The notes under the pieces were generated by a model. It was given only the letters and a program-made list of their open reading frames with translations. It was not told where the DNA came from and ran no database searches. This document shows, piece by piece, positions 51,096-63,050 of a stretch of DNA of 64,000 bases (positions are counted from its first letter, which is position 1; the number at the start of each line of letters is the position of its first letter). The DNA lies in the NCBI RefSeq assembly GCF_001194135.2, contig NC_068985.1, forward strand, positions 2,719,070-2,783,069. The letters run 5' to 3'. The DNA comes from Octopus bimaculoides. Lineage: Eukaryota. The position numbers and the translations under genes are program-made.

Positions 51096-53819
51096 CGTCC
51101 TGGTACGTACAGCAATGTCTTACCATTATTACCATTAAGGTACTAGGACAGAGAAGAGAGCAACTTGGTAAAGTACCACACAAAATACATTCTGAGTTCA
51201 TAATATAAGTACTAATCTAGGTAGCAGGGCTGAAATAATCAGCTTGGTTGCTTATCCAAAATATTTGTAACCTTGTACTTATGCCAGAAATGGACTCCTG
51301 CAATGGACTAACATTTTGGGATCAAGAGGAATGTTGGCCTTCTCACCTGGCCAGTGATGTGGCATCACCTGAAAACTAAAACGATGCAAAGCACATTGTA
51401 ATCAGCAATGTATAATAACATCCAGTGGTCTGGCTGATCATATGGTCAAGTGATAATAAATATTACTCTAATTAGGGAGATAAATTCAATATGATCAAAG
51501 TCACCAACTTGGGTACAGGGAGAATGTAGTACCAGTTATATTAGAGTGACAGAAAAGGTAGAGCACCAGACAGAAATATCCTTGGGATACTTAGTTATAT
51601 CTCTTGATATTCGAGACTGGATGACTGTTTGAATCATATTCCCTTTTTTAATTTATAAGGTACGATGAAACTACATATGCTGTGTCTTTAAGCAAGGCAC
51701 AAAACTTATTCCTCAGTCTACCTGACTGACAACAGCAATTGTGGTTTTATAAGTGGGGTGATTAGCAGTTGAAAGAATATGAAGCTCTAAAAGACAACTG
51801 CTTCAACTGAGCGAAAAGAAGAAGGCTGCAAAATCTTCTTTAAATTACACTTTATGATCAAAATATTTTCTAACGTAGTCCTAGATAGACGATGCCTGAA
51901 GAAAAGACAGGTGTGTCACTCTCAGCCACAGGTTGAATGGATAAGAAATGGTCTCAGATAAATAACAACTGTGTCAAGAGAATCTTTCTTAAACGGGTCC
52001 ATAGGGTAAACAAATGGTGTATTATCTCTAGTTCCAGTTTTAGCAGTCAGTATTAAACGAGAGATCTTTGACGAAAAAGCAATCTTTAAAACAAAAGCTA
52101 TAAACAGAACAGCTATGAAGAGAATAGCACATCATAAGACATTTAAAAGTTGTAATCATGAGGAAGATGTTCAACCTAAAAGAAAATTTAAGACATTTTC
52201 CTTGGCTACAACTCAATGAAATGTAATTTCTTGGAAATGTGTACTGTGTAACCAGGTTCAATCAGTGGAGTTCCATTTCTCAAAGTTAGTGCATCAAATG
52301 TTTAATGGAGAGCTTAGCCTTTGAAACTTCTTAAAAGGAATGCAAAACTGGATTTCACACGAAAATGGCAATATATATTTCAAATATTGATAAAAGAGTC
52401 TTTGATCCTCATTCTTCATCCAGGTTTCATTTTGGAAACTTTCTTCTGACCAATATTGAAAATCATCTAAACCCAAGGCGAAAAATAGCGTCAATAATCT
52501 TCAAGTATCTTGCATTAATCCTTTTGATTTTTAAATCAACACAAAACCATTTCAAATGCAACAAAGAAACCTGCTAGGTAAAAACGTGATACGCAATTTC
52601 TTCTTCCTCTTCATTTCTCAAACAAATTTTCTTTTTTATTCAGTTATTTTAGTGAGGAAAATTTATGCGGTGCTGCAGATGAGCTCTTCTTAGAAACTAT
52701 CCCTCACAAAATCTGAGGATTAGAAGTACATTTCAGGGACCAAAACAAGTCATTACATAAATAACAATGTTCATTCTTGTCAATGTTGTGTGTGTGTGTG
52801 TGTGTGTGTGCATGCACTCACACATACACATCTGAAATTTTATGAAACAAATTCAAAACTAACACTGATTCTATTTCCGAATATCATTAATAGTAAAATA
52901 GTTGTCTGTCTCTATTACATTAGAAAGCTACCACTATTACCACTTCCTCCTCCTCACTCACTGGCCAGTTTTGACTTCAGCTCTATCTTCTGTTTCTCAT
53001 CGACAGTTTGACTGGTTTGGTTTCAACTTAATACTATTTGCTGGAAGAATGGAGTGTCCATCTTAAAATGAAGGTGTTAATAATTTATGAAGCTGACACC
53101 TAAAGAGCTAAAGTTCAGAGAATTCATTAAAAGCTCTAATGACTAAGAAACTTAACAGATAATTGCATTTAGCTCAGCTGAGGTCAAACACAAGACAGAC
53201 CACACTTTTGTAAACAGCTTTTGCCACTGAGACCAAGTCAGCATATGGACAGTGATATTGTCTGAAAGAGACAGCAGGACTAATTTTGACACCTAGATGA
53301 GCACTGGACAACAACTTAAATGGAGTTTATTACCACAGAACAAAACTGGCCATCCAGCTTGATAAATAAGATAGCATAATCAATTAATATCAGTTTGACG
53401 TAAAAACAAAGCAAAAATAAAGAAAAAGAAAAGAAAGAGAAGGTTTGCAAAGTAATAAGAATACAAACCATCTCTTAGATTTGAAACCAAATGAATGTCA
53501 CAGAAAGTTCACTGATGTTTTGCAGGTCAGCATATTTTATTGACGAAGGCCAACCAGATCTGAAGAAAATGGACTTTCAAAATGGGAAAATACAAAGAAT
53601 AACTTATGAAATCTCTAACTGTTTGCTAAAATATCAATACAAAATTGCTTTTACTGTGAGGAAAGAGAATTGTGATTAACATTTCTCTTGTTTTCATTTG
53701 AATCATCCATTTCTTAAATAGTATGGCAATATTAAATGGATATATAATTATTAATGACAATGATTGTATGAGTCAGTGCTGTCTCTCTCACATACGCAGT
53801 GTGTTTATGTACATGTGTG

Positions 53820-53822
<3 letters not shown>

Positions 53823-53896
<74 letters not shown>

Positions 53897-53910
53897 GAGA
53901 GAGAGAGAAA
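53823..53910. repeat. (GA)n microsatellite
   Basis: Direct reading, about 40 units. Confidence 0.97.
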
Positions 53911-54269
53911 GAGAAAAAGCAAAAGAGTGAGAGAGAATTTGCAAAGGTATGTGTTACTATCTGCAAAAATCCCATTTAAGCTATTTACCAGTCTTTTGAG
54001 GGAACCCCAACAGAGTCACTCAAACCGTGATGAATAATAGCCAATTCTCCCTCAAATCACGCCTACTATCTTAAATAAATAAAGCATGCATCACATAGTA
54101 TAATAAAAAAAAAAACATTCAGATCTCTTAGGTGAAAGCTAACTTGTGATCAAATAACAACAAGCAAAACTATGACAATCCAACCAGCACAATGTCTACT
54201 CATGATAAAGCTTAACTTTTTATAAGAAACTCAAAATTTGCAGCTATTTTCTAACCAACAAATCAAATC

Positions 54270-55150
54270 TACAAGTATGGATTCAGGACATCCGTATACC
54301 GCAAGCCGACCTTCACTGGACGATACCTTAACTTCAATTCCCATTATTCATACAGTGTAAAGAGAGGGATTGCTCAGTGCCTAAAACATTCAGCAAAGAA
54401 TATAAGTAGCGATTGTGATACCCACCACAAAGAAATGATCAAGCTCAGTAAAAATCTATCAAGCAACAACTGCCCCAAAAGCACTCCAATTATGAAGAAA
54501 AGAGGGGATGAAACCGATAAACTGTCCACAGTCTGTCTATCCTATGTGAAAAGCCTCTCCGAAAAGATACAAAAGATATGCGGCCCNNNNNNNNNNAACC
54601 GATAAACTGTCCACAGTCTGTCTATCCTATGTGAAAAGCCTCTCCGAAAAGATACAAAAGATATGCGGCCCATATGACATCAGGACAGTATTCAAAAGTA
54701 ATACAACACTTCACAAATATCTCCTTTGAGTAAAACCACCAATAGAAGACAATATGACTAAGAACTGTGTGTACTGCATCCCATGCAGCTGTGGTAGGTT
54801 ATACAAAGGCGAAACATGCCACCCCCTCAAAATAAGGGTAGAGGAACAACGCAAAGCTGTGACACGGGGAGATATAGATAAATNNNNNNNNNNCCCCCTC
54901 AAAATAAGGGTAGAGGAACAACGCAAAGCTGTGACACGGGGAGATATAGATAAATCGGGTATAGCTGATCATGTATGGAAAAATGGAGACCACCTTCCCA
55001 TGTAGGATGAAGTTAAAATAATAGAGAACGCCACTGGAAAATACTAAAACTAAAAGAAGCAGCACATATGCTAGGACACAACAACCTCCTAAGCAGAGCG
55101 AGTGGAGATATGAATAGCATATGGGAACCGGTATTAAGGAAGGATGGGAA
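54270..55150 (+). mobile_element. Penelope-like retroelement, C-terminal RT plus GIY-YIG endonuclease (pseudogenised)
   Basis: FRTSVYRKPTFTGRYLNFNSHYSYSVKRGI..., LSYVKSLSEKIQKICGPYDIRTVFKSNTTL, NCVYCIPCSCGRLYKGETCHPLKIRVEEQRKAV..SGIADHVWKNGDH. Contains in-frame stops. Confidence 0.9.
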
Positions 55151-55195
55151 AATATTAGATTTATAAGCCCTAAAATTCACTCCATAATTGCCCAC

Positions 55196-55268
55196 GGGCA
55201 TATGACATAGTGGTTAAGAGCACGGGCTACTAACCGCAAGATTCCGAGTTTGATTCCAGACAGTGACC
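55196..55268 (+). other. tRNA-like cassette (degenerate, not a functional tRNA) just behind the Penelope ORF
   Basis: A-box-like tgacatagtggttaagagc, anticodon-loop-like ctactaa, B-box-like gtttgattc (55248-55256). No convincing acceptor stem. Confidence 0.55.
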
Positions 55269-55324
55269 TGAATAATAATAACAACATCAAAAAACAAGTC
55301 ATTAATAAAAATAGAGAGATGAAA

Positions 55325-55705
55325 GTGGTGAGCTGGTAGAATTTCCACCTGTCTGTATGTTCTGAGTTCAAATTCTGCCAAAGTTGACTTCACTGAGGCC
55401 CATGTAATTGACTTAACCCCACTCCTGAAATTGCTGGCCTTGTGCCAAAATTTGGAACCAATATTTATTTGTGTATAAGGCAATGAGCTGGCAGAATTGT
55501 GAATGCGCCAGGCAAAATACTTAGCGGCATTTTGCCCATCTTTACATTCTGAGTTCAAATTCTGCTGCTGCCAACTTTGGCTTTTGGATTTCATCCTTTC
55601 AAAGTCAATAAAATAAGGACCAGTTGGGCCCTGATCACTGAAGCCGATGTAATCAATTTAACTGCTGCTCTAAAATTGCTGGCCTTATGCCAAAATTTGA
55701 AATCA
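55325..55705 (+). mobile_element. Two tandem family B SINE copies
   Basis: gtggtgagctggtagaatt...gttctgagttcaaattctgcc at about 55325 and again at about 55480. Confidence 0.8.
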
Positions 55706-56569
55706 CTATATAGAGAGTTATATGTGTGAATACATGTAGATACAAATCAACCAGTGGTTGTATTCCTGTCCTTTCTAATTGTATTGTGAATTCAGTTTTT
55801 AGATTCTGTCAACTTATATTGTTGATAGATCAGCAAAGACAACAGTGACCCATCTTTGGATGTAAGCAGAGATTTCTAGGAATGAATCTAATGCTTCTAA
55901 AAATAACTTGATGGAAACTTCAGCCATTCTTCTCTTTGGTTATGGTTTTCGTTACACTTGAGATAACTGAGATTCCAAACAGAATCGGAATTAAGTTGGT
56001 GGAGAGACAATAAGTCTGACTGAAAATGACAGATTTCAGTAATAAATTTCACCATTCCAATAAGGCTGTCTAACTTACCAAAAGTTTTGGATGGGAACAG
56101 TGACAACAATAGAGACTGTATGAAAAAAAGAAAAGGAGAGAAAGAGAGAGAGAGAGAGAGAGAGTAGGGGGGAAGGGTAAGGCAGATAGAAAGATGTGGC
56201 TCAACACTGAGTTGGCCAGACTAATTAGAATGGAGAACAAAAACTATAACAACAACAAAGATCCAGTTAACTCCAATTGCCAGAGGGAAAGCGTAGGGGG
56301 TGTCGCGAGAACTAATAACAGAAACTATTGAATGATGTTACAACTAAATATTTGGTTTAAGTAAAGGACAGATACCTCCCCAACCCCATCAACTACTGAA
56401 GGAACTGAGTTTCACATCTTTCCCCACCCCTATAGGAAAAACAATGAACTATGAAATCATAAAGGTAACAGCAACATTATAACAAATTGAAATTAGATTT
56501 TATGTGTATAATTTAAAGTGAACGATACTGACTTCCATAATCTCTGATTGATTGTCTAAGATTGTTTTG

Positions 56570-56790
56570 TACACTGCTGAGGAGAGCACAAGTCAGATGG
56601 AGAGGCCACCTTGTTCAAATGCCAGAGGCACAATTCCCTAACAAACTGTTTTACAGCGAATTGGCAGAAAGCAAGCACACACAAGGTGGACAGGAAAAGT
56701 GATTCAAGGATGGACTTAAATATCACTGAAGAGTTTTGAGATCAACCCTGATGCCTAGGAAATGCAAGCACAAGACTGGCTTGTCTGGCA
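56570..56790 (+). mobile_element. RTE-BovB-type LINE 3' ORF fragment
   Basis: TLLRRAQVRWRGHLVQMPEAQFPNKLFYSELAESKHTQGGQEK*FKDGLK (cf. AQLRWAGHVVRMPD.RLPK.LFYGEL..GKR..GGQ.KRFKD.LK). Confidence 0.75.
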
Positions 56791-57139
56791 AAGTTGCAAC
56801 AACAGGTGCCACACAGTGGGACTGAACCCAGAACCATGTGACTGGAAAGCAAACTTCTTACCACACTTGAATTTATAGTATGTTTACAAAATTTGTAATT
56901 TGGTTGAGTAGAACTGCACACTTTAGACAAGACATCAATATACAAATTCTTTTTTCCACACCAACAGAAGAAGTAAAAAAAAAAAGTTCAACATTATCAC
57001 AATATTTTGCAAATCTTTTTTTTTTAACCTGTTTCAGTCATTTGACTGTAGCCATGCCGGAGCACCACCTTTAGTTAAACTAATCGATCCCAGGACTTAT
57101 TTTTTGTAAACTCAGTACTTATTCTATCGGTGCCTGTTG

Positions 57140-59870
57140 GTGCCTGTTGTGGCACTGATTTTATATATATCGCTGATGAGATTAAGGAAGGTTGAAATTG
57201 CATGACCTGGTGGTCTTGGTGCTGATAGGGATTTGTCTTCCTGTTAATCATATAAACAAGCATNNNNNNNNNNTTAAGGAAGGTTGAAATTGCATGACCT
57301 GGTGGTCTTGGTGCTGATAGGGATTTGTCTTCCTGTTAATCATATAAACAAGCATGCATTTTGCACCAAAAGCTCAGATCAAAGTTTCTCCCATGGTATC
57401 TAGTGCAGTAAAGTCTCTTCTAACAGAACATCCACATTTAAATGAGGATAAATTTAACCTTTTTGTATCAATACTGCCTCTGTTGCTAACAAATATTTTT
57501 TACAGATCAAATAATTCAGTTTTAAAAAGTGTAAAAACAAAAAAAGTGGCTGGGTGCCAACCTTTTGACAACATTGTACAAGAACAGTATCTCGCTTATT
57601 CTTCTCAAATGTACATGGAATTGCATTCTCAACAGATCTAAGAGTTTTAGAAACAGCAACAGCTTCTTCAGGAATAGGAAAAGTCGTATAAATTTCTTTA
57701 AGGGTCATATTTTATCAGAAAAACATATTTCACCCATTTGTTGTAATAAACCAGAATTCAATGATTTTTTCTTTTTCTTTTAATATTTCTTTTTAGAAGT
57801 AAGAATTGGTATAGAGGACAGAGCAGTGTTTTTTGCTACTGGCATGCAAGCTGGGATTTGCTCAGCCCCAGTTGGGCTGACTGGGTTCTGATGTTAGAAG
57901 AACTGAAATACCCTGGGATTCTAGGAATATGATTGAAATGTATCCCAGAGCATTAGTGAAATTTAGCATGGAACTAAGGAGAAACAGACTATCAGGATTA
58001 GGTGGAATTTTGTGGCTTTGAATGCAGTTACCATGGAAAATACAATAGAAATAGCTCTGAATTTCTGTCAAGATTTTCACTGAAGTTACTGTATACAATA
58101 GTGTATACTGTATATTGTGACGATAATATACAGTATACTGTATATCCTGACTCACTGAAAATATATCACTGCATTCTTAAGAACAAATGGAAATCTTCTT
58201 TATTGATACAATTTTTGCAATACTAGTAACACAGTAAGGTCTTTCTCCTTTTCCTCACCATATTTCAGTTGAAATACACTGTTTTGTTTCAGTTAATCAT
58301 TAAAGTAATGGAGAATTTAGTAAAGAGAAGCTGTAAGTAAGCTGGTGTTAAGACCATAAATTGGCAACGAAAGTTTGTGTCACAGAATCAGAGACAGTCT
58401 CAGGTGGGTTTGTATCATGAGTGATAAATGAAAATTGGGATTTTTCATTTCAATCTTGCTAATATATAAATACTGAGATATAGTATTTAATTAACTCATC
58501 ATTGATAAGCACTGAGAAACCATGAAGGGAGAATAAATGTTGACAGATCAATGATAAGGCAGCATTTGTGGCTTTTATTCTGTCTGTTCCTACAACCTGA
58601 GCTTTCCACAGGAAACTACTCAGTCTCTGATCCTGTCTGAGCTGACATAATGTAATTCTTGTCTCGTGAATTTCCAATCATTTCCAGCATACATCTGAAA
58701 AGATGTAGCCATGAGTATTGTGTCTGGAATTAAATGAGTAGAGAATATAACAGGCTTAATTCTCAACAGAGCAGAAATTGACAGCACAAGAAGGGCTTCA
58801 GAGTCATTAAACTTCAATGATATAAAAGAGTGTTAAGAAAAGAGACTTGGTCCAATTATTTACAGCCAAGCAGGGACTGTATAAGCATCAGTGACTACAA
58901 TTTTGCAGCATAGAAGATGTTAACTTCACATATTCCCATAATTCAAGAATTAAGCTGTGCTGATGCCATCACAACAATGTCTTTGAATAGTTTTTATAAC
59001 TAAACAATTTTGCTTAGCAATAGCAGCTCAGATAAAACTGTCAGTAATTCCACTGTCAACGAAAGCTTGCATTGTTAAATCAAAATACTAATAAATACAT
59101 GAGACAAAGGAAAAATCGAGTAAAGCTGAAAAACTTTATGAAGTTAAGGAAATTAATATGTTGGAGATTGGTTTATTAACTTTCTTTGCACACCTGAGAA
59201 AAAACTGTCTTTTTTCTCACACTTATGTCATATTGTAACACTTGCTAGACATCTTTCGTGTACATATCTACCGCACCACCACATACACAAACCGATTTCG
59301 AAGAAGCGGCTGCTGAAAGAGTTTCCTGTTTGGTATTCTTTGTAGTATTCCTAAAGACATCAGTGTTATACATGACAGCATTCTCTTTACCTAGGTTCAA
59401 CCTTCTGGCTGGTGATATTGCTGTTTCAGCATTGCATTTTAAATAGCATAGATTATTCACTGATATTATCACAGAAATAAAAGCATTCATTGTCAAAAGT
59501 TTTATATGCAATTCAGAGAAAAAGGCCTTAAAGTTGCACATTTTTTTTACCTCAGATTTTAAGGATGAAAAGACATTGTTCAAGAGTTCTGTTGGCTGTT
59601 TGCTTGCAAGTTGTGAGCTGATGTCTCAAAAAGACTTCATTCAAAGAAGGTTTAATGTAGACACCTTTAGTACTCATTGTTCTCTCAGTCTAATTCCAAA
59701 ACAAATTATGCGAAGGCATGCAACTATTAAAATCTGAAACACTAACAATGAAATTTCCACATGTGCATAAACAGTGTTTAACTTTCGAAGAGTCAGACAC
59801 CGAGTACAGTTTTTCAGGACGTAGAAATTTGTTGAGACTTGACTCATGAAATAAACCAATGTAAAAATTA
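57140..59870 (-). mobile_element. Heavily degraded Ty3/Gypsy LTR retrotransposon (gag, protease, RT, RNase H; integrase not seen)
   Basis: Minus-strand broken frames in gypsy order: KFLRPEKL (gag start), KMCNFKAF..NAFIS..ARRLNLGKENA..VCVCGG (gag and zinc-knuckle relic), AFVDSGITDSFI (protease DSG motif), SSFLWKAQVV (cf. SPWRAQVV), TFPIPEEAVAVSKTL..ENAI (RT-RNase H linker). Confidence 0.65.
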
Positions 59871-59871
59871 A

Positions 59872-60051
59872 TGTTATTAGAAACCATATGCCAATACTTT
59901 CAATTAATGATGTCGCAAGTCAATACCTAGCCTATGTAAAGGGTGTGGTACCTCGTCTGTGTAAGGGGTGGGGGAAGGAATACGACACATTACATTACTG
60001 TACATTATTGCATAAGACATAACATGATCAGAGTAAAAGAGAATCACAACA
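59872..60051 (-). repeat. Possible 5' LTR of the Gypsy relic
   Basis: The minus strand begins tgttgtga and ends ...ctaataaca immediately upstream of the gag-like segment. No partner LTR found. Confidence 0.3.
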
Positions 60052-60994
60052 GAAAAGAATTTCAAAATATTTTCTGAAAGTTGTCTTAAATGTGATGGGT
60101 TTCCCCATGCTGTACTAGGAATCTCTGTCAACCATTAGTGAGTCCACAGTTTCATGTTGCATATCTCTGCCAATACTATTTAGGCTGCTGAGAAGTCATC
60201 ATACTCTATTATGATTGGAAATCTTCAGAATATAGCATCTGAAACGACCTGGTGTTCAAGTGCTGTAGCAGTGACTAGCAAAGCTTATCCTCTGTTGAGC
60301 AACAATAGTAAGACAGCTGAAATGGGTCCCTAAATCTCGTTCCTTTTTCATTATGCCATCATACCATAAGGTACTTTTGAGACCGCAGAAGTAGCCAAGT
60401 GATCCCTTTATTTGGCACTATGGCCATAACACAGAGGGGACAGCACAATGACAAGACAGAACATTACAGGGGGGACAAAAACATAAAATGAAAAGTGCTA
60501 AAATGTACAATGAAATCGATGGTGATGAAATGGCTGCGTGCACCACACTCACATGCAGTACCATTTGAACATTCTTATCTTACGTTTATAATCGTTTTCA
60601 GTGTTTTTTTCCTATTAGCATTGTTTTTACTCCCCCCCCCCACACACACACCTTTTTTCCTTCCTTTTTAAACCACAATTTACTCTCTTCTTTTAATACT
60701 TTATATATTGTTCTATTTCTCTTAGTTCAACTACTGGTGGTAGTTCATCGAACTCCACCACAAATCATGGTGGTTCAACATCACATTTTTCTTTCAACCT
60801 GCTATATTTTTCCTTGTCGATCAAAATTGCTTTCACATTTTCCCCATACATGTCGTTGGGTAACTTCACCCTTATAACTGATTTCAGTTTGGTTATCATT
60901 TGTTCAGCCAAGTGTACATGCCAAGAAGGTAGTTTTCATAGTCTAGGACTCGTTCCATAGAGAATGGTTTCTACATTCACTCAATGACAACAAC

Positions 60995-61190
60995 AACAAC
61001 AACAACATTGAAAAATACCTCAGGAATGAGAACTGAAGTTCGAAATTTCCCCAAGACACTTGATGAAGGCTGGAGAGTACATCAGCCGAAATGTGTTAAC
61101 AACAAACAAGACGATGACAAATATCTGTCAAATGTAAATAATGTAAATGATGTACATAATTCCTCATCTCTTAAATATAGAACTGTATTA
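60995..61190 (+). mobile_element. Penelope-type terminal repeat with a degenerate hammerhead motif
   Basis: gacac-TTGATGA-A-ggctg-gagagtacat-cagcc-GAAA-tgtgtt at 61055-61097. Stem II is 5 bp and stem I is gacac/gtgtt. C3 is changed and the CGT before the cleavage site is missing. Confidence 0.5.
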
Positions 61191-61844
61191 TTCTTTAGTT
61201 TTGTAGCATCATTAGAAGAAACCAGCAAGTTGATTTTCATCTTCATCAACGGTCATGTGCTCAGTCATCTTTGCCTTGAGAAACAAACTGACTTTGGTTA
61301 CAGCTTTGTTAAAGGAATGTTAAATCTTCCTCATTACAAAGCTGATGACAATTAGCATAGTTAAGGTCAGATAGATACACACTTTGCTGATGTTTTCATT
61401 GTTTCCACTTGATGGTGAAATCTTTATTTCAGATGGTTTGAAACTGTGCCTAAGAATGTAAGCCAGCACCATCACAAAGGGAAAAGAAGCTAGGGTGTGT
61501 TGAAGCCCGACTCCAATTCGATAATTGTCAAATCAAGTGGCTTACTTTTAGCTAAGCTGTCTCACTAAAAAAAGACAAATGGTGGTATAACCCCACCTAT
61601 CACAAACCCAAATTGTACGTCATCTAAGGTCATTCTCTTCGTAATTAGCAAATACCTAAAAATGTAGGAACCAGCAAAATTGAATATGTATAGCATTGGT
61701 CCAAGCAGAACGCTTAAAACTTGAATGACAAAAAAGAAAAAAAGTTATGAAACATAGCAATTAGCTTTAATTTGGGGTAGAGTGAGAGGGTGAATGAGGT
61801 TACTCAAAAACATGAAAATGAGTGTTAATATTCAAGGTGTACTG

Positions 61845-62050
61845 AGGCAGTGAGCTGACAGAATCATTAGTACACTGGACAAAATGCTTAGTGGCATTTT
61901 GTTCATCTTTATGTTCTGAGTTCAAATCCTGCTGAGGTCAGCTTTGCCTTTCATCCTCTCTAGGTCAATGAAATATGAACCAGTCTAGCACTGGGGTCAA
62001 TCTAATTGACTGGCCACCTTCCCTGAAATTTCAGTCTTTTTGCTTTTAGT
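61845..62050 (+). mobile_element. SINE family B
   Basis: gcagtgagctgacagaatcattag...gtcagctttgcctttcatcctctctaggtcaatg. Confidence 0.85.
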
Positions 62051-62329
62051 GGAAAGGAATATTCATAGTATACCAGCCTAAGGACAGCACTGAGATACCA
62101 TATTCTACAGACAGAGAATTGGATTCACAAAAATATCAGGCTTCTATAAAATTGTTTTGGGAGCTAAGGAAGATGCATTATAATAATGAAGGATTTATAC
62201 TATTAGTAAACAGTATGATATAGCAACAGAATAAAATCTATATATCTTCCATGAGAACACCAGATGCAAAGATAGCTGGTGTAACAGGAAAGGAACAGAG
62301 AGAAGCAATTCACAGAAGCCAGAAAAGGA

Positions 62330-63050
62330 AGACAGGAAAAGATTAAGGAAAGATTACAAAATAGCATTATGGAAATGAAAGCTACCTCTCCAAGGTGATC
62401 ATTACAAAGTTAAGATAGAGCAAACGTTGCTCAACAGACAAAAAAAAAAAAAAAATCAATGCTAGGGCAGATCTTCTGGATAAAAAGCTGAGATTAGGGC
62501 TTATCAAAAATTATTTGAAAAATATGACTATACAAAACACTAAATGCAGAATATGCATGAAACATAATAGATAAAATGGTATCCTTGGTTACTTAGGCCT
62601 TGCTAAGACTGAGTACATTCAACATCCAGGGTTAAGACCTAAAGTTATTTATTACAAATATTACAACAATAATATAGTTAAATGGTGTTGTCGTTTTCAA
62701 ATTGTGGCTTCAGGCAGCAGCAGCACCAACAAATTTACAAGGCACATACTTCAAAATATGAAATACAATAAAATGAAAATCTCTTCAGAAAATAGCATTT
62801 TATAAAGAATATCAAAAATCTACATCTTTAAAATATTTGAAAATTTAGAAATTAATAAAAAGAAATCATGTGGCTATGAATAAGTAGTTTATAGTACAGT
62901 TGGTGAACAGGGCCACAAGTAATTTCAACAAGCAAATTAATTGAATCCCAAGATTCAAACCTTGTGGTGCCTTACACAAAGGTGAAGGAAAATAAGTCTG
63001 ACATCATATTAGAAAGAAATACTGCTACCTCTTTAAAATACTGTCAAGAT
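62330..63050 (+). mobile_element. Very old R4/Dong-like relic (zinc-knuckle region)
   Basis: Broken frames LWK*KLPLQG (cf. W..KPLHG), TKCRICM..LAKTEYIQH (cf. CR.C..LAK.EY..RH), KSDIIL (cf. KPDIII). Confidence 0.35.

Noticed and set aside
52040-52600. Protein-like frames; LGLDDFQYW resembling Tc3-type LDGPDGFQYYW
   Set aside because: A single weak motif with no DDE continuation or TIRs; cannot be supported.
54512-54953. Direct repeats 54512-54586/54597-54671 and 54822-54883/54894-54955 in the Penelope ORF
   Set aside because: Each pair is identical and flanks a 10-N gap, the signature of unmerged overlapping contig ends rather than a biological duplication.
57182-57355. 82-bp direct repeat around the 57264-57273 gap, including ctgatgag...gaaa
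   Set aside because: Same assembly artefact. The hammerhead-like words lack a closed stem II and a valid NUH triplet, and lie within the Gypsy RNase H relic.
58103-58138. 14-bp perfect inverted repeat with 8-nt loop
   Set aside because: Low-complexity tatac/gtata content inside a dead retroelement; likely local slippage.
60984-61355. 123-aa ORF containing TDFGYS, reminiscent of a kinase DFG motif
   Set aside because: Wrong strand for MASTL, no HRDLK or HIKL context, and the N-terminal half is a repeat element.
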